From contig NC_089429.1 in the NCBI RefSeq assembly GCF_026210795.1, forward strand, positions 1,488,001 to 1,552,000: a stretch of 64,000 nt of DNA, given 5' to 3'. Positions 53,954 through 64,000 of this stretch are shown in pieces (within the stretch, counting starts at the first letter, position 1; every line of letters begins with the position of its first letter). Made by a program: the position numbers and the translations under genes. Below the pieces are notes generated by a model that was given only the letters and a program-made list of their open reading frames with translations, ran no database searches and had not been told where the DNA came from. Source of the DNA: Rhizophagus irregularis. Its lineage: Eukaryota.

Positions 53954-54675
53954 AGTCACGTAAAAGTATCGAACGTATCGTAAACGTATAAATGTTAAAG
54001 AGAAAAAAGTAGGAAAAATACGTGGATTTTTATGATGACTAGGGTTTATTAACATCAGGTGATAAATTAAAATCGCGTACATCCCCCGTGTAAACAGATA
54101 CGTGAAACAATGTGAAACATGACCTGCCTATATGTAGCGATCATAGGGGCACAAACACTTTAAAAGGACGGATCTCAGCCCATCATTTATTGTCGGGATT
54201 GTCGGGTACTCGGGTTACTCGGCTAGTCGGGTTATTGTAGAAAAGATATATAACACGGGACATATATACACATATATATGATGGCGTAGTATAAAGTATA
54301 ATTGTATATACTATATAATGTAATTATGTTATACGTTAATTTTAGAGTTTATTTTGAGCTTTACCGAATATTACCGAATATTTTCGAGTTCTTTAAAATT
54401 TGCTAAGTCCCGTACATTATGAAATCAGTTATAATAAATTTCAAGATTTTTCATTTCGATATTTGTATTTCGAGCTTATTAAGTGTCGGGCTTATGAAAT
54501 GTCGGGATTTAGAGTGTTGGGATAATATACCAAACTCTCGAATATATATATAAAGAAAGCGAATTCAAAGAAAGTACTAACAAATTATATGTGATAAAAC
54601 TCTCCAAATACATATAATAAACTTTATTAAATTAAAAAACCATTAAATAAATATATTTTTTTCCTAATTGAAATT

Positions 54676-57600
54676 ATGCCTAAGTGTGAATGTAAACATT
54701 GTTTAAATTTATCAAATGGTAGGGGAAGAGTACTTCATAGGACAACAGTAGCTCGACATTTATTAGAAGAAAAAGAGGCACAAGCTCTAGAAGATGAATA
54801 CCAAAGACTTCATCCTGAAGAAAATTTTTATCATTCTGAAGAGGAAAATTTATACGAAGAAAACTTACGTGAAGAAGACTTGTATGAAGAAAATGAACGA
54901 TCATTTATGGTGACAAGTGATAATGAAGAAGAAAATGAACGATCATATATGGAAATGTGTGATAATGAAGAAATTCCAGAAGAAACTAATGATGATTTTA
55001 GTTTCCAAAATGAAGAAAATGAGAAAACTAATAATTATGAAAATGATCATTATTATTATTATGAAAATGATGATTCAATTTCTGATTCTCAAAATGAATC
55101 AGAATCTGATAACATAAATTCTAATGCTGATAATGAAGAAGGTGAATTCCAAAATAAATTATTAATAGTATTTAAATACATTAACTATTTATTAACAATA
55201 ATGATAAATTTTTTAGATAATACAATTATTTCTGATGAATTGCTTGAAGGATTAAGGCTTTTATATGTGAAATCAAATTTTAATTTTTCTGAAGCTGCAT
55301 TTAATAATATATATAAAGCTTTCAATAGAAATAAAATGAGCTTAAATAAAATAAAAAAAATACTTGGTTCGATAGTAGGAATTGAACCAAAAATATACGA
55401 TATGTGTGTCAATTCATGTTGTGCGTTCGTAGGAGTTTTAGAAAATGAAAGAAAGTGTAAATTTTGTAAAGAGGACCGATATTATAGTAATGGTAAATCA
55501 AGAAAAAATTTACCTTTTGTCTCTATAATTGAGCGTTTAAAGCTTCAATTTAAAAACTCTAAAAGATCCAAAGAATTATTATATAGGCATAACTATACTA
55601 ATAATATAGGAGATCTTGTTCATAGGGACATAGGTGATATTTTTGATGGGCTGATTTATAAAGAGTTATTAAATGATGCATATTTTCCCGATCCTAGAGA
55701 TGTTGCATTTACTGCATCTTGTGACGGTTATCAAATATTTCGACAAAAAACTGATGACTGTTGGGTATTTCTTTTTATAAATAATAATTTGCCTCAAGAA
55801 TTAAGGGTAAAAAAAGAAAATTTAATGGTAACATTAATAATCCCAGGGCCAAAACAACCTCAAGATTTTAATTCATTTCTCTATCCATTAATTCAAGAGA
55901 TGAAATTGTTACAAGGTATATTAAAAAATATGAAAAATAATAATTAATATAATATTTATTAATCATATTTTTGTATTTACAGATGGAATATTATGCTATG
56001 ATGGAAACAAAAAAGAATATTTTACTTTACGTGCTCACATATTAGCTTGGACTGGAGATCTTCCTGCTCTTTCAAAAATTTTATATTTAACGGGACATAA
56101 TTCATATTCAGGTTGCAGATTCTGTAATCTTCGAGGAACTTTAAATGAAATGAATAGACATGTATATTATCCATTACAACAAAATATTGATTCTATACGA
56201 TTACCAATTCGAACACATGATGAGATGCTGACTAGCATAAATCAAATAGAACATCTGAAAGGAGATCGTAGAGAAACTTATATACGTAACTGCGGTTAGT
56301 TCAATATTTTAAATAAACTCATAGTAAAATTGATTAATATATTTTCTGAATTTTTAAAATTCTTGTTTAATAAAAAAAAATTAGGAATTAAAGGAAAGAG
56401 TATATTATTTGAGTTATCTTCTATAAAATTTCCACGTTCATTTCCAGTGGATATAATGCACCTTTTTTTCGAAAACATTGCACCTCACATGTTTCGACAT
56501 TGGATAGGAAAATTCTATCCAAAAAATGATGAACGGAATTCAAATAATTATACAATAAGTTCTAAAACATGGATTGAAATTGGTGAAATCATGGAAAAAA
56601 ATAGATCTAATATGCCATCTGATATTGGACGTCCTCCACGCAATATCATTAAACATTCGGCTGGGTTTAAAGCTGTGGAATGGGCAAATTGGATTATTTT
56701 ATTTTCTTTACCATTATTAAAAGGAAGGCTGCCACAAAGGTAATAATAAATAAAAAGAGTTAATTGTTAAAAAATTGATAATATAGGAAAGCTTATTTAA
56801 ATAATTTAAAATAATAGTTACTTCTTAGGATGGTCAAATTTTGTTGAAGCTGTTCAGTTATGTATTCAACCTCGAATAGATTTTGAAGATCTAGATAAAA
56901 TCCGAAATTTATTGATACAATTTTATAATCATTATGCAAGGTATCATCTTTATGGAATTATATAATAATATTTTATACATTAATTAACATGTCTTTTTAT
57001 AATAATAGTTCATACGGGTTAGAAGGAGAAAGATTGCCGGTGTATTTAATTTCTTTTCATTACTCTCTGCATATAGGAGATTGTATTGAAGATCTTGGTC
57101 CTTGTCGTGGATTTTGGCAATTTCCGATGGAAAGGTATTGTGGAATGTTAATTCCACTTATTAGCTCTCGAAAACTTCCATATGTGAATTTAATTAATAA
57201 TGTGTTGCTGCAAGAAAGGTTTAAGTATCTACAATTTTTACCAACGTATGATGAAAAAGTTTTTTCCAATTTCAAAGAAAAGGAAAAAGCATGGCCATCG
57301 CATAGGGTAAAGTCTAGTATTGTATATGATAATCAGTATGAATTTTATTCTCCGTGTGTTAATTGTAAACTAACAAAAAATGAGGCTATAAAATTAAAGC
57401 AATGCTATGCAGCTATATTCCAAAAAAACGCCAGGGATATTAGAGTAATTTTTAATTATAACTACTTTGCATTGTATATTTATTTATTTTTGAATACTTT
57501 TACAGATGTAATATCATTATTTATTATTTAGGACATTGAAGAAAGTTATATGAAGTATGGGAAACTTCGTACAAAAGATGGCAATATTGTATCTTCTAAA

Positions 57601-57989
57601 TGGTGGAAAAAAGAAAATGATAGTAGTCGAAATGATTATTGTGTCGCTGTAAGAAATTGATAATTAGATTTTATAATTATTATAAATATCATTCAAATAT
57701 TAAACAGAAAATTTTATTATAGATTAACTTAACTATTGATGAACAAGAAGAGGAGACTTTTGGACAAGTTGAATATTTCATGCTCCATAATATGCAAAAT
57801 CAAGAACGAATGTTTGCATATATTCGAAAAATCAAAAAATTGGAGAAAAATATTGGAAATTTAAAATTTTTTGATTGCTTCGGTCCTCTACAATATGTGG
57901 AAGTAATTGGTATTGATAGAACTGTTGGATTTTTTGAAGTGTATGATAAAAAAAATTATTATATAATAGACAAATATGCAAACTGGTAA
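54676..57989 (+). CDS. CACTA/EnSpm Tnp2-type (Transposase_21-like) DDE transposase, apparently intact, 8 exons
   Basis: Exons 54676-55141, 55217-55915, 55983-56294, 56385-56739, 56818-56940, 57009-57444, 57532-57648 and 57723-57989 splice in frame. Motifs: CECKHC, YDMCVNSC..CKFCKEDRY, DIFDG, SCDGYQIF, NNNLP, IIPGPKQPQDFNSFLYPL, TGDLPA, GCRFC, DIMH, RPPR, FKAVEWANW, H..LH, GPC..FWQFPMERYCG. Confidence 0.93.
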
Positions 57990-58464
57990 TAACTGCAAGC
58001 TGATAATAAAATAACATTTTTTCATCTTTATAAGAATAAAGTTTTCGTAAATTTTTATTTATTTTGATGATCGGGAATGTCAATTTACTTTTAACTTTAT
58101 AAAGGCCTAAATTTAAGGAAAATTAAGTTTCAATCGCTAATATTTTCGAGTTCAATAAATCTTTATATTGGTTTCATAATAAATAAACGAGAATTTCAAA
58201 TTTTTTTTTGTCGTAAAATAATAATTTTTTTGACGTAATTGAACCAGTTGCGATAAACATACACGTGATCGGTACTACGGTTAAATGTTATCGATTTTAT
58301 ACATATAGGTATACGTTACGGCGGGTACACAGATATAAATATGTAATCATTAAATTTGCGTGTCTGATAATGGTAAAAATTTTGGTTTTTGGCCAAATTT
58401 CGTTAAATTAATTGAGATAATGGATATCTTGTTAACAAATTTATGTTTTATTTATTCAATAAAT

Positions 58465-59250
58465 ATTTCTTTGTCATTGTTTAATCAATTGCTTTAAAAA
58501 TAAACAATGGTATACTTTGAACAATGGCAAGAAAAGTTCGCGCGAACTTTTCTTGCCATTGTTTAATCAATTGCTTTAAAAAAAAACAATGATATACTTT
58601 GAACAATAGCAAGAAGAAAAGTTCGCGCGAACTTTTCTTGCCATTGTTTAATCAATTGCTTTAAAAAAAACAATGATATACTTTGAACAATAGCAAGAAG
58701 AAAAGTTCAAGCGAATTTTTCTTACCATTGTTTAATCAATTGCTTTAAAAAAAACAATGGTATACTTTGAACAATAGCAAGAAAAGTTCGCGCGAATTTT
58801 TCTTGCCATTGTTTAATCAATTACTTTGAAAAAAAAAACAATGGTATACTTTGAACAATGGCAAGAAAAGTTCGAGCGAAATTTTCTTGCCATTGTTTAA
58901 TCAATTGCTTTAAAAATAAACAATGATATACTTCGAACAATGGCAAGAAAAATTCGCGCGAATTTTTCTTGCCATTGTTTAATCGATTGCTTTAAAAAAA
59001 AACAATAGACTTGAGTTAAACAATGGCAAGAAATGTTCGAGCGAATTTTTCTTGCCATTGTTTAATCAATTACTTTGAAAAAAAAACAATTGTATACTTT
59101 GAACAATGGCAAGAAAATTTCGAGCGAACTTTTCTTGCCATTGTTTAATCAATTGCTTTAAAAATAAACAATTGTATACTTTGAACAATGGCAAGAAAAA
59201 TTCGCTCGAAATTTTCTTACCATTGTTTAATCAATTGCTTTAAATAAACA
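58465..59250. repeat. Hairpin array 3 (~9 centres) downstream of the transposase
   Basis: Same unit and orientation as arrays 1 and 2. It shares the GACTTGAGTT variant (~59008) with array 2. An orphan half unit lies at ~63842-63872. Confidence 0.95.
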
Positions 59251-59383
59251 TATTAATATCAGTTACGAGATCCGATTCACTATCACTAACAATTACAGGA
59301 GGAACACAATGTTTAACATGTTGAGTATATCCAGATTTGGAGGAAAATGTTCTTGAGCAATATGGGCATTCCTGGGGTATCAT
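59247..59383 (-). pseudogene. Truncated 5' end of a zinc-finger gene (resembles a Plavaka-type transposase N-terminus)
   Basis: MIPQECPYCSRTFSSKSGYTQHVKHCVPPVIVSDSESDLVTDINM (CxxC-x12-H-x3-C) runs straight into array 3. Confidence 0.55.
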
Positions 59384-59976
59384 TTTAAGGTATTTGTATA
59401 GGATTTGAATTATTTACTTGCTATTGCCTTTGGTAAAAATGACCGTATTTATACGCAAATTTTTATTTCCTTCAGTAAAAATGGCCATATTTACATATAA
59501 AATTATTTATCATATGGCCGTGAATCTCATTAAGATCAGCCGATCCACAAAAATTTGTTACTTTGATCTTTTTTTTTGCACGTAATTAATAAAAAATATG
59601 TTTTTTCACCACAAAATACGTTTTTATTTTATTGTTTTTATTTTATTGAAGTTTTCTTTAAAAATCTTTGGTCCCGGATCAGCCGAATTGAATAAAATTT
59701 TACTAGAATTGGATAAATGATCGGCCGATAAAAGCCGATCATATTTCGATTATTTCCAGAGATCGGCACATGAAGTAAAAAGTCAAATTTGCCTTAAATT
59801 TATTATTGAATTGAAAATTTTATTTGGTTTGTTACAAAAAATTTGCAAATTTTTATATATAAAATTCTTGCTAAGCCCTTTACTTTAAAAAAAACATATT
59901 TCCATCAGCACCTCCCCCATTCAAAATTGAAAAACATGCACACTTGTTAAATTTAGTAATATAGAAAAGAATTATA

Positions 59977-61251
59977 TTAATTAGTCAGAACCTTTAAAGG
60001 AAAAAGGATATAATATTATCGAAAAAGAAGAATTTTTTTACTTACGGAATCAATATATTTTTTAGTTTTTGCCGTCTGTTCTATCATCATCTAATAATTT
60101 CTGACCGTTAATAATTTAAATAAATTAGTTAATAAATAGATACCATTATTACAATTTAAGTTCAAAATTATGAAATTTACCATATAATATTCTATTTTAT
60201 TTTTCATTGTATTTTCATTTGTTTGTATTGTTTTAGACTTTGGGTCCAATAATACTGCGAACGTGGCTGTTACGAAGGCGAGATGCAAAGAAGATGGATA
60301 TTCTCCAGCGAATACTCTTTCAAGTATTCGCGTAAGCACGCCCAAACTTCCATTTTGATTAAAAAGTTTATTGTAACATTCAGCCACTGCAGGATGATTT
60401 TTCCATTCAATTATCCCTGCTGATGAAGTGTTAGTATTGATGGGTGGCAAAATTACTTCTCCAAAATAGCTGAATAAAGCATCTCTAGCTTTAGTTGTCA
60501 AGCAACTTCGTAGGGATCTTTGTTTTGATAGAAGCTTTTATTAAAAAAAAAAGATTATTATTATTTATTAGTTTTCTAAAACGTAAATATTAAATATAAA
60601 AAATTTACTTCTGGACAAATTTTGTTGTTAAAATATGAAATCCACTGCGTTTTAGTAGTGAATTTGTTGTAAAAGTCTTGATGTCGAATTTTGAGAAATT
60701 CCTCAGTTGCTTCTCGTAATTCTTCTTTGGTAGGGTATATACTTATATTAAATGTTGCTTTAGCAACATCTTTTATTATGGTCTAAAGAAATATAATTTG
60801 AGTTATAATATGTATATGACTTTAAAATTTAAAAAAGCTAGACTAACCTTTATGAAGTTATTATCACCGGAATTATCAGATTCGACCATCTCCTCAATAT
60901 GCTTCATTCTATTGCATAAAAATTCCAAATGTTTATTGGTTTTTACGTTCTCCTCGATTAATTTAGTGTTGAACTGTTTATTTTGTTCTATCATATTATC
61001 AACCTTTTTGTTGAGTTTTATGAGTTGTTCTAATAAAATAAATTTTTGTTATAAAATATAAATTATCATAATTTTAAAAAACGATAATATTCAAATATTT
61101 GCATACCATTAAAAACTTCATAGCTATTTTCGCTCATGCTACTCGTGCTACTCATACTACTTTCAATACCTCGGCGTTTGTTTGATGTTTCTTCACCCGC
61201 CGATAGAAGTTTTTGAATTTTATTTCGAAATTCTGATCTATCTCCGGACAT
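59977..61251 (-). CDS. Multi-exon hypothetical protein convergent with Tnp2 (coiled coil plus helical domain, candidate TE accessory gene)
   Basis: Spliced: MSGDRSEF..YEVFN|EQLIKLNKKVDN..NNFIK|TIIKDVAKATFNISIYPTKEEL..ICPE|LLSKQRSLRSCLTTKARDALFSYFG..IIEWK..FAVLLDP..EYYM|MMIEQ.., with GT-AG introns and no stops. Confidence 0.75.
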
Positions 61252-61359
61252 GTTTGTAATGTTGATGATAATAGAGAATTATAAAATTTATGATAAGGTA
61301 AGAATCCTCACGAAAAAAAATATTGAGCAAGTCTTTATTTTACGGTATTTATGAATATT

Positions 61360-62415
61360 AAATGTACATACGTGGATATAAAAAAATCTAAATTAGGAAA
61401 AACTTAGAAGTTGCTATAAATGTATCCACGTGGAACCAATATCGATGTATGTGGAAAAGCTTAATAATATTTAATGGTTATGAATTATTATGAATGTACA
61501 TACGTGGATCAGGGACTAAAATAGTACTGTAAAAGTCGGAAAAAACGATAAATTTTGAAAATATACGAAAATTTTCATTTTTCCTGCGACCTGTTAATGC
61601 CAATATAAAAAATAAAAACAATCCCCTGAGCTCAATCAATACTAATGGTTACGAATTATTAAATATATATGTGGATATAAAAAAATCTAAGAAGAAGTAT
61701 AAATCATACCCAGAAGTTATTAAATGTGCCTACGTGGAACCAATATCAATGTATGTGGATCAGGGTCTAAAATAGTACGTGGAACAAATATCGATCAGGG
61801 TCTAAAATGGTACGTGGAACAAAGATCGAAACCCCAGAAAAATACGATATATTTAAAAAGTATCCAAAAATTTTCAGTAAAATAAACATAATATATAAAA
61901 ACCAATAAATTAAAGCCCGTCAGCAAATTTTTTGTACCTACGTGGAATCAAATCGATGTATGTGGAGAAGGACACGTGGATTTGGGTCTACATATGTGGA
62001 TATAAAAAAAATCTAAGAAAAAGTATTAATCATACTCGGGTTATTATAAATGTACCTATGTGGAACCAATATCGATGTATGTGGAGAAGAACACGTGGAT
62101 TCGGGTCTACATATGTGGATATAAAAAAAATCTAAGAAAAAGTATTAATCATACTCGGGTTATTATAAATGTACCTACGTGGAACCAATATCAATGTATG
62201 TGGATTAGAGTCTAAAATAGTACGTGAAACAAATATCGATCAGGGTCTAAAATAGTACGTGAAACAAATATCGATCAGGGTCTAAAATGGTACGTGGAAC
62301 AAAGATCGAAACCGCAGAAAAACACGATATATTTTAAAAGTATCCAAAAATTTTCAGTAAAATAAACATAAAATATAAAAACCAATAAATTAAAGCCCGT
62401 CGGCAAATTTTTTGA
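61360..62415. repeat. Complex direct repeats built on TACGTGGA
   Basis: A ~275-300-bp duplication (~61660-61935 and ~62110-62415), a 120-bp tandem duplication (~61950-62190), and 36-bp CAGGGTCTAAAATAGTACGTG units. Confidence 0.85.
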
Positions 62416-62689
62416 TAAATCTGATTAAATCCTGATGCGAATACTAAAAAAGTATACATATGTAGTTATTCAGTAAAATTCGAAGCGGATATCACATATA
62501 CGTACCAGGGACGATGATTTTTTGTTGTGATAAAATTTATAAAATATGTTTGTAATAAACTAGTATTTTGATTTTGTTTATTGGTGATATTTTGTTGGTT
62601 AATTAGCTTAATAAAGCAAAAAATATGAAAAAAAAACTAAATTAACAAAAAACTAGCTGTAAGTAAGAATCAAGATGCTGAAGTCGTGG

Positions 62690-63363
62690 TCAATAAAGGG
62701 GAAAATAGGCAAATTTTTTTGTTGAAAAAAATCGAGAGTATGAACAAATTCTTTTGAAAAAGGTGAAATAAAATGAAAAATGGTAGTAATTACTACCCTG
62801 ATGGTAATTACCCCTTTGTTGATTATCTTGTAAAATAGCATGAATTTTCGCTATTTTTTTCATTTCTGGTATTAACTCGCAATTCAGCTTCATATAATCT
62901 TTAGCATAAAAAATCAGTCGAAACTAAGAATTCCACCGTGTTGCATTAGGTAACGGAATTTTACGTGGTGATGCAATTCCATGTTCTTTTAAGTGAACTG
63001 TGTACGTCTTCGTGTAGGAGCATTAATAAAAACGTTCTTTATATCTTGCAGAAAGCTTTTTAGATGTTAAATTGGGAAAAGTCTCGCTGAAAAAAAAATT
63101 TTTTTATTAGTAAAGACAGGTAAGATTCAAAGATTAAGATTATCATGAACTATACCCGATTTATGCGCACAACATGGCGCATGTATAACTGAGCATAACA
63201 CTTTTCATATAAGCCGCAGAATTAGCGTATAATTTTAACTTTACCGAATATTTCCGAGTTCTTTAAATTTTGCTAAGTGTCCCAACCTTTTTGAAAAATC
63301 CGAAGGCATCCGGTTTATTCATATCTAATCCGGATTTAAAAATAAATCCGGTTTGAAACTCTA
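62690..63363 (-). mobile_element. Internally deleted, degraded hAT element (transposase fragment plus terminus)
   Basis: Reverse-strand fragments NSAAYMK, HAPCCAH (CxxH), LQDIKNVFINAPTRRR and IPLPNATRWNS*FRL. A terminus TAGAGTTTCAAACCGGATT ends at 63363. Confidence 0.7.
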
Positions 63364-63367
63364 GGTG

Positions 63368-63718
63368 CGAAGGATTTCGAGCGTAATATTTCGTAACGAT
63401 TCCGGTACGTAAAACTTGCGAAGGATTTCGAGCGTAATATTTTGTAACGATTCCGGTACGTAAATTTTCGAAGGATTTCGAGCGTAATATTTCGCAACGA
63501 TTACGGTACGTAAATTTTCGAAGGATTTCGAGCGTAATATTTTGTAACGATTCCGGTACGTAAATTTTCGAAGGTTTCGAGCGTAATATTTCGCAACGAT
63601 TACGGTACGTAAATTTTCGAAGGATTTCGAGCGTAATATTTCGTAACGATTCCGGTACGTAAATTTTCGAAGGATTTCGAGCGTAATATTCCGCAACGAT
63701 TACGGTACGTAAAATTTG
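63368..63718. repeat. 50-bp CpG-rich tandem array (~7 units)
   Basis: GAAGGATTTCGAGCGTAATATTTCGTAACGATTCCGGTACGTAAATTTTC, with alternating TCCG/TACG variants. Confidence 0.92.
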
Positions 63719-64000
63719 CAAAAGTATATGCTATAATATTCCGGAAGTTTATGATACCCGTAAACTTACGTATGTTTACTCCGTAAATTTACGGACATCG
63801 TAACTTACGTAATATTATGCCCGATTAAATTTGCTGATGACTACTTCGAACAATAGCAAGAAAAGTTCGCGCAATGGTAGATCAAGTAGTAGAATATAAG
63901 GATTTTAATATACCGTATCTATTATTCACAGTAAAATACGTTATAAACGTATGATTTAATATACCGTATCTATAGCAGAAATGAATGATACGTTATAGAC

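Noticed and set aside
41922..59250. CRISPR-like interpretation of the palindromic ~80-bp arrays
   Set aside because: The sequence between palindromes is conserved rather than unique spacers. There are no cas genes and the context is eukaryotic.
58422..59273. Weak inverted repeat (GGAT...ATGTTTATTTA) apparently bracketing array 3
   Set aside because: Poor match and no TSD. The right part is explained by the zinc-finger coding fragment.
63263..63721. 152-aa and 111-aa minus-strand ORFs
   Set aside because: Products of the 50-bp tandem array.

Overview
This is AT-rich eukaryotic genomic DNA with many short (~70-90 bp) introns. The gene families and TE content point to an arbuscular mycorrhizal fungus (Glomeromycotina, Rhizophagus-like), which is an inference and not a database result. 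The left half (1-36 kb) holds two apparently intact host genes: a giant Sel1-repeat plus tyrosine-kinase-like kinase gene and a 5-exon SAM methyltransferase. It also has several pseudogenes and many small DNA transposons, several with readable TIRs and TSDs (hAT, Tc1/mariner, CACTA, Mutator, ATAT-target foldbacks), plus a probable non-autonomous Helitron. The right half (36-64 kb) is a nested CACTA/EnSpm-type compartment. It contains an intact 8-exon Tnp2 transposase, a divergent partner gene with a diverged paralog 14 kb away, and a convergent hypothetical gene. It also carries a PD-(D/E)XK-like gene with one homopolymer frameshift, another hypothetical gene, CACTA termini, three arrays of an ~80-bp hairpin unit, and 54-bp and 50-bp arrays. 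I found no rRNA, tRNA or CRISPR array. Exon boundaries were read by eye and some are approximate.
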